The position numbers and the translations under genes are program-made. A stretch of 64,000 nucleotides of DNA from Eledone cirrhosa (Eukaryota): the NCBI GenBank assembly GCA_964016885.1, contig OZ024745.1:84940001-85004000 (forward strand), read 5' to 3'. Shown here one piece after another: positions 36,889-51,085 of the stretch; within the stretch, counting starts at the first letter, position 1; every line of letters starts with the position of its first letter. The notes beneath the pieces were generated by a model. That model made no database searches. It worked only from the letters and a program-made list of their open reading frames with translations, and was not told the DNA's origin.

Positions 36889-38662
36889 CACACACACACA
36901 CACACACAGACACACATACACACTCACATATATATATATATATATATGTGTATGTGAGTGTGCGCAAATACACATATATATACACACACACATACAAACA
37001 CACACAAACACATACATATGCATACGTGCACACACACACACATATATCACATAGATACGAAGATAAACATATAAATAGAGAGACATACAAATATATACAG
37101 AACCTATATACACATACATACAAACACGCATATACATATACATACATATATACACATATATATATATTCCTATATACAAGCATACACATACATACACATA
37201 TATACATATACATACACATATACATACCACACATTCACATACACATACATATATAATACATATATATACATACATATACACACATATGTATGTACAATCA
37301 TATATATACACTCAATCTTACATTCATATTTACATGCTCATATATGTATTTTTATATTTAGAAATAAATACCAAAACCTATATAGACACCCACCTACACA
37401 TATATTCATACATATACGCTTACAAAAACAGATGATAATAGTATGGGGGAAAGGGGGGGTTTGGAGAAGGGGATCAAAGTAAATATATGTTTCAAGAAAC
37501 ATATAATATTTTCCGTATCTTAATTCAATGTATGTTCTTACATATTTTCAGTGCTAGGAAATACGAAATCTATGCATCTCAAAATAAAAAAGTATACCAT
37601 TAATCATATGTTAATTAAACCAAAGATAGTCAACATATTGATTTCCAAGGTGTAAATTAGTTAGGTTTATAATATTTGAAGCAGAATTATGAAGTCAAAC
37701 AGTAGTAGATTATTAATTACATTATAACTAAATTAAAGTTAATAACGTTATGGTATCAATATTAGGAGATGAATTTAGTAATAGGGAAAAGAAACCCAAA
37801 TAAAAATAAAATAAAGTATTACATCGGTAGTAGCATATAAATTATATGTTAACTAAATTAAAAATTATATATTTATTTCAATAGTATACGTTAATTAGTA
37901 TATGTTAATTAGGTATACAATACATAAAGCAGATATTGTATTTCATCAATAGCATAATATAATTATATGCAAATAAAAATCAAAATTAATACGCATACAT
38001 ATACATATACATACACATACACATATATATACATATACACACATATATATATATATATACATATATATACACATATATACATATATAGTCACATAAATAT
38101 ACATACAGATACACATACAACACACACATATACATATACATATAGATATACATATCTTTTTCAAAAAATTGCACAGAATATATTAACTAGGTATATATCC
38201 AAAACACATCCCATTCTATGATTACATGACATTCTGCAATTCGTCTGTACAAGGATACTAATTTTAAGCAAATTAAAATTAAAGTTTTAGGTTGATTAAA
38301 ACTAAAACCAAATAATAAATATATTTCCAAAATGTATATTAATTAGGTCTATAATACTAAAAATTCTTTCTCCGTCATAGGATACATGATATTATTTTGT
38401 TATATTTTATCTGTAAAAGAATTATAATAAAAAAAATTTTTTTTATAATAAAAAAAAAAAAAAAAAAAAAAATTATAATAAAAGGTTAAAATAAATTAAA
38501 ATTAATCTATAAATTAAATTACTGAGTATATATTAGTAATATTTAAAGGTTTTTCAAAATTTATGATTACATAATATTTTCTCATCTGTAATAAAATATT
38601 AATTAAATTAAATTTATAGGTTAACTAACATTTAAATTAAATTAAATTCTAGAATAATGTTA

Positions 38663-40669
38663 TTAATTAGGTTTATAATATTTAAATGTTTTTTTTAGTT
38701 TATGATTACACGATATAATTAATTCCTGTCTTTTATTTAATAAGATATCCCTAGACCTCATTATTTCAAATAGTTCTTGGGAACATAATCTACATTCCTT
38801 TCTATTATTTTGATAAGGGGTGGCTCTTTTGAGCACACTCCAGGTCAAATCATATTTTATATTTTTATTTTTATAACTATTGATTTTTTCTGCTAGAGAT
38901 GTTGTATTAGCCAGTGCGGCATTTTTAAAGCTATGTTTGTGGGTATTATACCTTGTCTTAAAATTGTTAGAGGTAGCTCCTATATATGAGCAAATAGAAT
39001 CTTTAGTTTTAACATTACATTTATAGACTATGTTGTTAACAAGACAATTCCCTTTTAATGGGCAGTTTGTTTTGTTTCTACAGTTACATCCTTTCGTTAA
39101 TTCTGTATTTGAGGAGATATTATTGTTAATTTGATGTACTGGTGGTATACTTATGGTTTTCTTACATTTATATGCATTATATGCACTTATATTTTGTTTT
39201 ATGTTATTTGTTGTAGAGTATGAGAATTTAACTGTAGACCTATTTAAGATTTGATGGTATTTGTGGTTTGGCGGGAAGTTTTTCTCAAGGATATAAAAAA
39301 ATTTTTTAGCAATATTATCCTTAACTTGTAAATTAAAAGGAGCATTATACCAAGTAACTCGTCTATTACGGTTTCTATGTTGTTTATTATTTTTATTATT
39401 TTTATATGTTGTATCATGATTTTTACTAGGAGGATTAATGTTAATGATCTCACCACAACTATTTTTAGTTATATTTGTAGATTTAGGTGTTTTATCTTTT
39501 TTATTAGGAGTTTTATTATTAATATTTATTATAGTTGTATGATGAGTAGTTTTTTGAGGGTTACTATACTTTATATTAGAAGATTTAGTATTTTGGGGTA
39601 TACTGTGGGTGGCATTTAGGTGTGTACTTTTCATTTGGTGTTTGTTGGTAATATTATGCTGTATGCTTTCAGTATTTTTAGTAGAAGGTATATACTCTAA
39701 TCTATTTTTGTGGCCACTTCTATCTAGAGCTTCATTATAAAAGGTCGCATTTTTATCAAATACATCTTGGTTAGAAGAAAGGTTAGAAATTCTAAGTGAT
39801 ATATTATATGCAAGGTTTTTAAGGATAGATTTAGGGTGATTAGATTGTGAGTGTATGTAATGTAAGTTTTGGTTAGGTTTATGGTAAGGTTGGTATATAC
39901 CCGTAGCTAAATCTAAAGTTATATCTAGGAAATTTACTACTTTACTTGTTTTTTCAAAAGTAATATTAAGATTATAATAGTCTTTAAGGAAAGTTCTAAT
40001 ATGCTTTTTGTTTTTTTCGATTTCTGAAAGGCTAAGGTTGTTAGAAAGAAGAAGACAGTCATCACGATATAAACCACCTTTGAGGTGGGGAAAAGAGGCA
40101 TTTATGTTGAAAAGGAGAAAGAGGCCCACAAGATCAGTAATTTGGGCGGAATCGCTTGAACCCATAGTAATATCAAAAAGATTACTGTATGTGTTTCTGG
40201 TCCAGTATTCATTCTGAAATTCAATAAGTGTTTGTCTAGCATGTGTAATAATGTTAATGTCATCCGAAGTTAAATTAGATCTATTTTTAGCAAATATTAA
40301 TGCTTTGTTCAGGAGTATGGGTGATATAGAAGAATAGTAATTATCTATATCAAATTGTAGGAAAGAAGCAGAAGATTTACACCTAATATTTTTAAACCAA
40401 TTAATTACCTGGGAGGTGTTTTCCCAGAGTGGTAAAATAACGTATTTTCTTATTTGTGGGATGACTCTATCTAAAATTTTTTTGCTAATTATTCCAATAT
40501 CTGATTTGGAGGGACATATAAGTCTAATAGAAGGATTAGAGTTAAAGTTAGATTTGTGATCTTTCAGGTTGAAGTGTGGTCTTTTCAATGCCAAAGGTTC
40601 AGTTCTATCTTCAATATTTAGTTTTTTTACTATGTTGTGTGTTTTGTTGTTGATGTTGGTGAGTGACAC
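38663..40669 (-). CDS. PLE RT + GIY-YIG endonuclease (N-terminally truncated, 668 aa open)
   Basis: [94 protein letters not shown]. Confidence 0.93.
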   Translation of the reverse strand: MSLTNINNKTHNIVKKLNIEDRTEPLALKRPHFNLKDHKSNFNSNPSIRLICPSKSDIGIISKKILDRVIPQIRKYVILPLWENTSQVINWFKNIRCKSSASFLQFDIDNYYSSISPILLNKALIFAKNRSNLTSDDINIITHARQTLIEFQNEYWTRNTYSNLFDITMGSSDSAQITDLVGLFLLFNINASFPHLKGGLYRDDCLLLSNNLSLSEIEKNKKHIRTFLKDYYNLNITFEKTSKVVNFLDITLDLATGIYQPYHKPNQNLHYIHSQSNHPKSILKNLAYNISLRISNLSSNQDVFDKNATFYNEALDRSGHKNRLEYIPSTKNTESIQHNITNKHQMKSTHLNATHSIPQNTKSSNIKYSNPQKTTHHTTIININNKTPNKKDKTPKSTNITKNSCGEIININPPSKNHDTTYKNNKNNKQHRNRNRRVTWYNAPFNLQVKDNIAKKFFYILEKNFPPNHKYHQILNRSTVKFSYSTTNNIKQNISAYNAYKCKKTISIPPVHQINNNISSNTELTKGCNCRNKTNCPLKGNCLVNNIVYKCNVKTKDSICSYIGATSNNFKTRYNTHKHSFKNAALANTTSLAEKINSYKNKNIKYDLTWSVLKRATPYQNNRKECRLCSQELFEIMRSRDILLNKRQELIISCNHKLKKTFKYYKPN

Positions 40670-40759
40670 ATTATTAGATTTTTTATAATTTTTTCTGAGT
40701 TCTTTATATATGAACTCATTATAAATATATCTATATATATATATGTATATATATATATG

Positions 40760-40790
<31 letters not shown>

Positions 40791-40942
40791 GTATATATAT
40801 GTATATATATATATGTATATATATATATATGTGTATATATATATATGTATATATATATATATGTATATATATATGATCAAGGTTTAGCAAATAAGAAACA
40901 TTTTCAAAATAAATAAAAAAAAATTAATTTGACTTACTATAG

Positions 40943-41012
40943 TTACCTTTACCGAATCGGTTTCGAGTCCATACGGCAACCGTTGCAAAGAAAAACACTC
41001 GTCAGAATATAA
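40943..41012 (-). ncRNA. Hammerhead ribozyme in non-coding insert 40875-41268
   Basis: Minus strand: ttatatt-CTGACGA-gtg...gactc-GAAA-ccgattcgg-TA-aaggtaa; stems I and II imperfect. Confidence 0.68.
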
Positions 41013-41270
41013 AATTCCCGAATTCAAATTACGAACTGGCGCTATTCAAAATTGTTCCCGAAATGAGAGAAAATGAAGTGGAATCAATTTTTTCAAGGGC
41101 CGAGTGTAAAGATAGAGGCGGAGGCACGGAGGTCAGTCGGCTACCGCTATAACTAGCAGCAGTCAGAACGACCAAATTTCTTTCTCAACAAAAAGGAGAA
41201 TAATAATAGAGTAAATGTTCCTACACGCACAAGGCGCTAAGGGACACATGTATTGTCCAACCATATGATA

Positions 41271-41355
<85 letters not shown>

Positions 41356-41396
41356 GTATATATATATATATGTATATATGTATATATATATATGTA

Positions 41397-41461
<65 letters not shown>

Positions 41462-41606
41462 GTGTATATATATATATATGTATATATGTATATATATATA
41501 TATATGTATATATGTATATATTTATATGTATATATGTATATATGTATATATATATATGTATATATGTATATATATATTTGTATATTTGTATATATATATA
41601 TATGTA

Positions 41607-41715
<109 letters not shown>

Positions 41716-42036
41716 GTATATATATATAAATATGTGTATATATATGTATCTATATGTGTATATATATATATATGTATTAGAAAGTGAGGTTTTTTTTACA
41801 AATTGAAAAATAACCGAGGTGTTCTACACGAGTGAAAGTATAAAGAAAAAGAGATGAAATCTAAAATGCAACTGGAGTCTTATTTAAAAAAAATATATAT
41901 ATATTTATTTGGTTCCTTTACTGCGAAACTTTCGAACTGCGAGACCGGTAAAGGAACCAAATAAATATATATATTTAAAAAAAAAATAAGACTCCAGCTG
42001 CATTTTCGATTTCATCTCCTTTTCTTTATATATATG

Positions 42037-42073
<37 letters not shown>

Positions 42074-42318
42074 GTATATATATATATGTATATATATATA
42101 TGTATATATATATATGTATATATATATATGTGTATGTATATGTATATATATATATGCGTATATATATATATATGTATATATATATGTATATATATATATG
42201 TATATATATATGTATGTATATATATATTTATATATATATATGTATATATATATATGTATATATATATGTGTATATATATATGTATATATGTATATGTATA
42301 GATATGTATATATATATG

Positions 42319-42355
<37 letters not shown>

Positions 42356-42408
42356 GTATAAATATATATGTGTATATATATATGTATATATGTATATGTA
42401 TAGATATG

Positions 42409-42477
<69 letters not shown>

Positions 42478-42500
42478 GTATATATATATGTATATATATG

Positions 42501-42531
<31 letters not shown>

Positions 42532-42532
42532 G

Positions 42533-42581
<49 letters not shown>

Positions 42582-42646
42582 ATATGTATATATATATGTA
42601 TATATATATATGTATATTTATGTATATATATATGTATATATATATG

Positions 42647-42744
<98 letters not shown>

Positions 42745-42940
42745 AATATATATGAGTATATATATGTATATATATATATATGTATATATATATGTATATA
42801 TATATGTATATATATATATATGTATATATATATGTATGTATATATATATTTATATATATATATGTATATATATATATGTATATATATATGTGTATATATA
42901 TATGTATATATGTATATGTATAGATATGTATATATATATG

Positions 42941-42977
<37 letters not shown>

Positions 42978-43022
42978 GTATAAATATATATGTGTATGTA
43001 TATATGTATATGTATAGATATG

Positions 43023-43074
<52 letters not shown>

Positions 43075-43114
43075 TATGTATATATATATATGTATATATA
43101 TATGTATATATATG

Positions 43115-43145
<31 letters not shown>

Positions 43146-43146
43146 G

Positions 43147-43195
<49 letters not shown>

Positions 43196-43260
43196 ATATG
43201 TATATATATATGTATATATATATATGTTTATTTATGTATATATATATGTATATATATATG

Positions 43261-43350
<90 letters not shown>

Positions 43351-43540
43351 AATATATATGAGTATATATATGTATATATATATATATGTATATATATATG
43401 TATATATATGTATATATATATATATGTATATATATGTATATATATATATGTGTATATATATATATGTATATATATATATTTATATATATATATGTATATA
43501 TATATATGTATATATATATATGTGTATATATATATATATG

Positions 43541-43634
<94 letters not shown>

Positions 43635-43640
43635 CATATA

Positions 43641-44280
43641 TTCATGTATATATGTGTGTGTCCGCATGTATCTGTGTGTTTCTAAATATATTAATAACTC
43701 CCTCTGGTCGAGCAATCTTTGAAGTGTGGGGACAACTGGAAAGCTTCCATTACTCATACTTCTCGCCTTCTTCACTACCTCTTCTACGGCCTCGATATGA
43801 ATACCCCCTCCGCCTCCGTGGTATTTTCTTCGTGGTTATAAGAGGCTTAGCTCTGTTTCTCGACCGTTATATCGCGTGACTATCTCCCCCTCCGCCTTTT
43901 GGGATTCTTTCTCACGTCGTGTAGACGCGTTCTTGAGACTAGTAAAATGAGGTATCCTCTTGATAAGTTGGCAGACCTCGCAAGGACTCTATATCTTTGA
44001 TATATTGTTTTTGTTTATGCCACGAAACTACGTAGTCGAGGAATTTAGGAGCAGTTTAGGTATGATACATTTTATTACTAATTATATCTAAATGTTTCTT
44101 CTCTCTTCATAATGTATTTTAACTCTGATACTGGTTCAGTCTGGTTCAAACTGAATTGGTCTGTCCCAGTCATTCATTGAGCAACATCGGTGAAGTTGGC
44201 ACCCTTAACTCACAGTTGGGTGCGGATGCATTCATGTATATATGTGTGTGTCCGCATGTATCTGTGTGTTTCTAAATATA
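43641..44280 (+). mobile_element. Family G retrozyme-like unit: 590-nt period with a 50-nt terminal direct repeat and one HHR
   Basis: 43641-43690 equals 44231-44280; non-coding; HHR at 43955-44042. Confidence 0.8.
43955..44042 (+). ncRNA. Hammerhead ribozyme, U3-A8 core variant
   Basis: tcctc-TTGATAA-gt(t)ggca...tgccac-GAAA-ctacgtag-TC-gagga. Confidence 0.82.
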
Positions 44281-44528
44281 TATATATATATATGTATATA
44301 TATCTATATGTATATATATATAAATATATATGTGTATATATATGTATATATATATATAGGTATATATATATGTATATATATATGAATATATATATGTATA
44401 TATATATATATATGTATATATATGTATATATATATGTGTATATATATATATGTATATATATATATTTATATATATATATGTATATATATATATATGTATA
44501 TATATATATGTGTATATATATATATATG

Positions 44529-44613
<85 letters not shown>

Positions 44614-44871
44614 CTATATGTATATATATCTATATGTATATATATGTATATATGTATATATATATATGTATATATATGTATATATATATATGTATATATA
44701 TGTATATATATATATGTATATATATGTATATATGTATATGTGTATATGTATATATGTATATATATGTATATATATGTATATATATGTATATATGTATATA
44801 TATATGTGTATATATGTATATATATATATGTATATATGTGAGAAAAATCACAGACCCTCCATCTGAACTCA

Positions 44872-44909
44872 CCTTTTGAAAAGCAGAAGAACTGCGAAAC
44901 CGGTAAAGG
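44872..44909 (+). ncRNA. Complete family F hammerhead, U3-A8 core variant
   Basis: cctt-TTGAAAA-gcag.aagaa.ctgc-GAAA-ccgg-TA-aagg. Confidence 0.82.
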
Positions 44910-45067
44910 AACCAAATAAATATATATATTTAAAAAAAAAGACTCCAGTTGCATTTTCGATTTCATCTCTTTTTCTTTATATATGTATATATATACATAT
45001 ATATATATATGTATATATATATATGTGTATATATATATATGTATATATATATATGTATATATATATG

Positions 45068-45121
<54 letters not shown>

Positions 45122-45430
45122 GATATATATATGTAGATATATATATGTATATATATATCATAAAACATGTCTATAGAATCACCAGATAAAATATATACCG
45201 TTTCCTCTCCCAATTAGCATAATTAACCATATAAAAAATCAATTAGGCCAAGCTATAAGAATAAACGCTCCTATGAAGAAATCTCCGACAAATAACCGAA
45301 AGCAGCCCTTCGCGGTGGTACGACGGAATATTTATCGAGTATTTCGACAGCGTGTATAAATCGACCAGATATACAGTCAACTAAACAGAATTAGGTGTAA
45401 AATAAACTGGAAGAAAAGTGAACATATTTA

Positions 45431-45514
45431 GTTACCTCTACCATGGTTTCGTCCGCATTTTAAGATATCCGATAACATTGGAAATCTAGAGCACCGGACT
45501 CTTCAGGAGTTAGC
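45431..45514 (-). ncRNA. Type I hammerhead ribozyme in non-coding insert starting ~45158
   Basis: Minus strand: ctc-CTGAAGA-gtccg...cggac-GAAA-ccatgg-TA-gag. Confidence 0.87.
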
Positions 45515-45764
45515 TCAAATCTAGACAATTAATTTTCCAAAGGGATCGCACCAAGAATACATTAAAAAATGGCTAAGAATCGTGACGTGGCAGCGGTCAA
45601 GTTAGAAAGGATGTGATTAGTTGCTTACGGCTGGTAGGCTTTTTGCTAGAAAGCGCAGCCCAATACAGCCAAAATTATGTCTCAACCTAACGGGAGATTA
45701 TTATGTGATTGAGGGCGGTGATTGGCAGTATCGGTGGAGGGTCAGACATGCTTTCCACTATAGT

Positions 45765-45897
45765 TACGTCCTTTTACGATCTGAGTTCAAATCCCGCCAA
45801 GGTTAACTTTGCCTTTCATCCTTACCAGGTCGATAACATAAAGTACCAGTAATGCACTGGGTAATTGCTGGCCTTGTGCCAAAAGTAGAAACAATTA
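45765..45897 (+). mobile_element. tRNA-derived SINE remnant
   Basis: B-box-like gagttcaaatcc followed by actttgcctttcatcc..ggtcgataa..aagtaccagt, resembling the central domain of widespread metazoan/octopus SINEs (from memory). Confidence 0.7.
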
Positions 45898-45910
45898 TGT
45901 ATATATATAT

Positions 45911-46850
45911 ACGGGATGTTTGTTTACAAACACACCGAGCATTATAATAAATGTTCGGTGAATCCATACGTACATATATATATATGTGTGCATGTATGAA
46001 TATAGTATATATATATACATACTACTGTACATCTGTATACATATATGTATGTACGTGTACATACTTATATTTCAGTAACAGCCGTACTAAGAGTGGGAAA
46101 TGAAATTTCGTTTCATTTTTTCCGTTTATCGTTTTCGGTGCACCTGGCCGATTAACCCACTCCAAATGCAAATTGGGCTACTCAGCCGTTAATATGCATA
46201 AGGTAAGTATATACGTTCAACAATCTGGCAGGAAGGTATACGTTGCTGACGATAGCTAATAAGCTTGGAACTAGTACAGCGTTCCTTTGTCAGTGTTGAA
46301 CAAACGAGCAACGATGGTTGCTGGACACTATGGCTTAATACGGGATGTTTGTTTACAAACACACCGAGCATTATAATAAAGGTTCCGTGAATCCATACGT
46401 ACATATATATATGTGTGCATGTATGTATATATATATACATACTACTGTACGTCTGTATAAATATATGTATGTACGTGTACATACTTATATTTAAGTAACA
46501 GCCGTACTAAGAGTGGGAAATGAAATTTCGTTTCATTTTTTCCGCTTATCGTTTTCGATGCACCCGGCCGATTAACCCACTCGATATGCAAATTGGGCTA
46601 CTCAGCCGTTAATATGCATAAGGTAAGTATATACGTTCAACAATCTGGCAGGAAGGTATACGTTGCTGACGATAGCTAATAAGCTTGAAACTAATACAGC
46701 GTTCCTTTGTCACTGTTGAACAAACGAGCAACGATGGTTGCTGGACACTACGGCTTAACACGGGATGTTTGTTTACAAACACACCGAGCATTATAATAAA
46801 TGTTTGGTGAATTCATACGTACATATATATATGTGTGCATGTATGTATAT
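45911..46850 (+). mobile_element. Tandem retrozyme-like array, ~2.2 units of ~420 nt, HHRs at 46241-46281 and 46661-46701
   Basis: Units start 45912, 46341, 46761; consensus cgttg-CTGACGA-tagct.aata.agctt-GAAA-ctag-TA-cagcg. Confidence 0.85.
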
Positions 46851-48489
46851 ATATATATATGTATATATATATATCTACATATATATATATGTATGTATAT
46901 ATATATGTATATATATATGTATATATATATGTATATATATATGTATATATATATGAAATATGAAATATAAGAATCAAAGAACTGTTCAAAACATTATTGT
47001 GCTTACAGCTGTTTCCTCCAAACCGAGGTTTGGATTCTTCGGAGCAATTTATTAATGCATGGACAGTTATATGACCTCCTTTTCAGCCGAGAGACATACC
47101 AATACATATTCAAACATTGATACATATTCAAACATTGTGGGTCAACATTCATTACAGAATTTAGAGTGGCAGTACACACTTCGAGATTACATTTATATTA
47201 ATAGGTACAATCAAAAATCAAAGATATAGGTTAAAGTACAACATGAAGATAAGTGGTTATATAGTGCAAATGTTATATGTGTGGCACGCATGTGCGTCTT
47301 GTTTATATAGTGTGGCAGAGAGATATGTGTGGTAGAGGCACTTAGGTAGGTAAATAAGAGTGTTAGGTTGGTAGATCTGGTGGCAAAGTCTTTATATGAT
47401 TGATATAGTCTGTGTGTGGAGAAATATTATAAGCATTAAAGATAGTGCAAGCATTAAAAGTGTTATAAGTATTGGAGATGCACAGCGCAGGGATGTCAAG
47501 TAATTCATGTACTTCGGCATTTTCATGGTCAAGGGAGTGTATATTTCGATTATATGCCTTTCACATAATCCACGACAATCCAGTTAGAGATCGTAGTCTG
47601 GTGTTCTTTAGTTCGATACAGGAGGTTGTTACGTTTCGAGAAACGCCATTGAATACCGGAAGTGTGTGTGTGGCTAAGGGGAGTTAATGCATGCGGGGAG
47701 GTAACTCTGGGGTTTCTATATCTAGCCATTAAAATGTGTCCCAATATAGACCCTAAATTCTATGGTGAGGTGCACCTTCCAAGAGAGACTTTTAAAGCAT
47801 AAAGTGTACTAACTATAGAGTAGTTTAACTAAATTATGCTGAAGGTGATCATATTATTATTAAGGTGGATTAACCCATCTTAAGGTGCTACAAATGGAAA
47901 TTATAGATGATGAGCGAGGATTCTAAATTAATGATCTCTGTGGTTGTAGTCTGCTCATATGACCAGGCGCGGTGATTGCAGGATTGCTTCAGGACCCAAT
48001 GATCTCTGGTAAGATCTGGGTCATCGCTTGCTACATTGGATGTCGAAAGATAATCGTCCCCAGGCAGGCCAAAGGTCAATCCGCAGTCCTCGCGACCCCT
48101 CTCTGACCGTCAGATCATCCATATACGTACAACCCGCACGGCAGTTGCATTGCATTCACTCACTGCGCTCAGCAGCCCGGTCCTACTGGTCAACAGCGCT
48201 ACTCGATTAAATCATTTTACATCTGTCTAAGGAAGGTGTTTCCTCTGCCCAACACCATCCAACCGATCAATTCATGCTCAAATTACCCTTAGAGCGGTGT
48301 AGTGCCGTCCAAGTGGGTGGATGTTGTCACACCTGCCGTAGAGGTATAAATGGGTATTTTCCCTGCGAAGGGTTCCAGAGGGATGTCGTTGTTTGTGTTA
48401 TAATGGATCAGCTAGTGTTGGGTATGTAGTATAGGGTGTGTCTCTGGTGTTTGATGCTAGATGTGGTGTTAGGTTCCAGTCCGACATTG

Positions 48490-49770
48490 CTATATATAGG
48501 GCTTAAAGTTTTGGAAGGAATGTCTGAGGCGGTGCTGGCAAGTTGCAAACACCTCAGATTTTTTGTTAAGTAGGTTACGGTTGGAGAAGATAATATTGTG
48601 TGTCTCTAGTATACAGAGGTTACAGAATTTATTAGGTGGTTTGTACGAGGTCGCGCTGCCTATCACTTCCCATTTGAGTGTGTATGGTTTATTTTTAGAT
48701 TTTAGATAGTGTATGTAGCTAGAAAGTGAGGTGGAGTTGGCTAGGCTGTGCTTTTTGAACGAGTGGATGTGCGAGTTATATCTGATTTTGAAGCAGTTAG
48801 AAGTGGAGCCTACATAGGTTTCTGAAGAGTTATTAGTCGTGACTGTGCATGAGTATATGACATCCTTGGTTAGGCATTTTTTATCTAAAGGGCAGGTTCT
48901 ATTAGCTCTACAGTTACAATTATTCTGTGCGTTAGTCCGCTGGTTATAATGCAATGCGGAAGTCTGTGTGGTGGATATAGGATTTTGGGTGTTCGGGTTG
49001 GCAACCCTGGTGTTATTACTTATACTAGTGTTATTTCTATTGTTACTGCCGTTGCTATTGTTGCTTGCTACAGTGGTATTTAGAGGGTTTGCATCCCGTT
49101 GTGATTTTGTTTGTTGGAAGTAAGAACTAATTTTACTATTATTGCTGCTAGCTATGTGGTATGCTAAGTTAGGCGTCGTAGAGTATGAGATTTTAATGGT
49201 GTTTTTGTTTAAGAGGTTGTGGTACTTGTGTCCTAGAGGGAAGTTTTTATCTAGTAGTGAGAAGAAAGCCCTAGGTATGTTGGTGGAGACATTTAGGTTG
49301 AAAGGAGGGTTGAAAAATGTATTATTTCTTCTTCTATTTTTGCTTTTAGTGTTTGGTGTGTTGCTTCCTCCTAAGGCCTCACAGTAGTTTCCATGGTAAT
49401 GGTTACTTCCTGTGGCACCCTCCGCTTTGGTGTACTTGTGGTTGCTATTCCTATTATTAGATTTCCTCATGGACATGTTGTGCGAGATTATGTTGTAGCT
49501 ATGTGTTTTCTTAGGTAGGAACTCAATTTCTATATTATGGCCGGAGCTAGCTAATGCTTGATTGTAATATTGTGAGTTTTTGCTAAATATGTTTGCGTCA
49601 TAGGACAGACTAGAGATTCTATTGGACACCCCCTTAGAGATAGAGTTTAATATTGATCTAGGGTGATTAGACTTGGTATCTACGTAAATAAGTTTCTCAT
49701 TAGGCTTATGGAAAGGTGTATATATTTTTGAGTCTAGGTATAGTGTGGCGTCTAGGAAGTTAACATTTTT
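48490..49770 (-). pseudogene. PLE RT thumb + GIY-YIG endonuclease (5'-truncated)
   Basis: VNFLD, PFHKPN, SNHP upstream of the listed ORF; FFNPPF, CNCRANRTCPLDKKC, VIYSC..YVGST..FKIRYNSH, CNLC..E, LLNKKSE. Confidence 0.92.
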
Positions 49771-50298
49771 AGTGGATTATGTGAAAGGCATATAATCGAA
49801 ATATACACTCCCTTGACCATGAAAATGCCGAAGTACATGAATTACTTGACATCCCTGCGCTGTGCATCTCCAATACTTATAACACTTTTAATGCTTGCAC
49901 TATCTTTAATGCTTATAATATTTCTCCACACACAGACTATATCAATCATATAAAGACTTTGCCACCAGATCTACCAACCTAACACTCTTATTTACCTACC
50001 TAAGTGCCTCTACCACACATATCTCTCTGCCACACTATATAAACAAGACGCACATGCGTGCCACACATATAACATTTGCACTATATAACCACTTATCTTC
50101 ATGTTGTACTTTAACCTATATCTTTGATTTTTGATTGTACCTATTAATATAAATGTAATCTCGAAGTGTGTACTGCCACTCTAAATTCTGTAATGAATGT
50201 TGACCCACAATGTTTGAATATGTATCAATGTTTGAATATGTATTGGTATGTCTCTCGGCTGAAAAGGAGGTCATATAACTGTCCATGCATTAATAAAT

Positions 50299-50345
50299 TG
50301 CTCCGAAGAATCCAAACCTCGGTTTGGAGGAAACAGCTGTAAGCA
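50299..50345 (+). ncRNA. Hammerhead ribozyme in pLTR, U4C variant (mirror 47000-47046, minus strand)
   Basis: tgct-CCGAAGA-a.tccaaacc.tc.ggtttgga.g-GAAA-cagctg-TA-agca. Confidence 0.8.
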
Positions 50346-50553
50346 CAATAATGTTTTGAACAGTTCTTTGATTCTTATATTTCATATAACTGCTCTGTAA
50401 ATCATCTGATGTTTTTACATTGAGCTACTTAACTTACTGGTAATAAGGTAGTAATACATTACTGCCTACCACTATTTAGGGTGTGTGTAAAATACTTACA
50501 ACTGCTTAAGGTTTTGTGTTTACATAACCATAAATAGTATAACTAATACTATG

Positions 50554-50624
<71 letters not shown>

Positions 50625-50626
50625 GC

Positions 50627-50659
<33 letters not shown>

Positions 50660-50662
50660 TAC

Positions 50663-50844
<182 letters not shown>

Positions 50845-51021
50845 CGAAGGAAGAAAATGTGGTAAGGAACCAGGTGGATCATAACGCACCAAAGTACTCA
50901 ATACTTAGGGTAGTAGAGTGGGTAATAGGAACGAGTAAGACCCCGACGCCTGAGCTCAAGCCGTTTGGACCGCTAATTCAGTCGAAACGGCTTGAGCTCA
51001 GCCATCGGTGTCTTAATCGTT

Positions 51022-51070
<49 letters not shown>

Positions 51071-51085
51071 ATATATATATATATA

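Larger units (their letters stand above)
35150..40722 (-). mobile_element. 5'-truncated Penelope-like element (YRDD type, possibly Nematis-like) with a putative 3.5-kb 3' UTR
   Basis: ORF 38663-40669 plus a co-oriented downstream HHR ~200 nt from the TA flank; linkage of UTR to ORF is inferred. Confidence 0.6.
46959..50530 (-). mobile_element. Penelope-like element (second family of the CNCR-linker type) with ~615-bp inverted pLTRs (46959-47573/49772-50386) and a ~145-bp tail
   Basis: Minus arm carries the truncated ORF; plus arm carries the tail; TA flanks. Confidence 0.9.
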
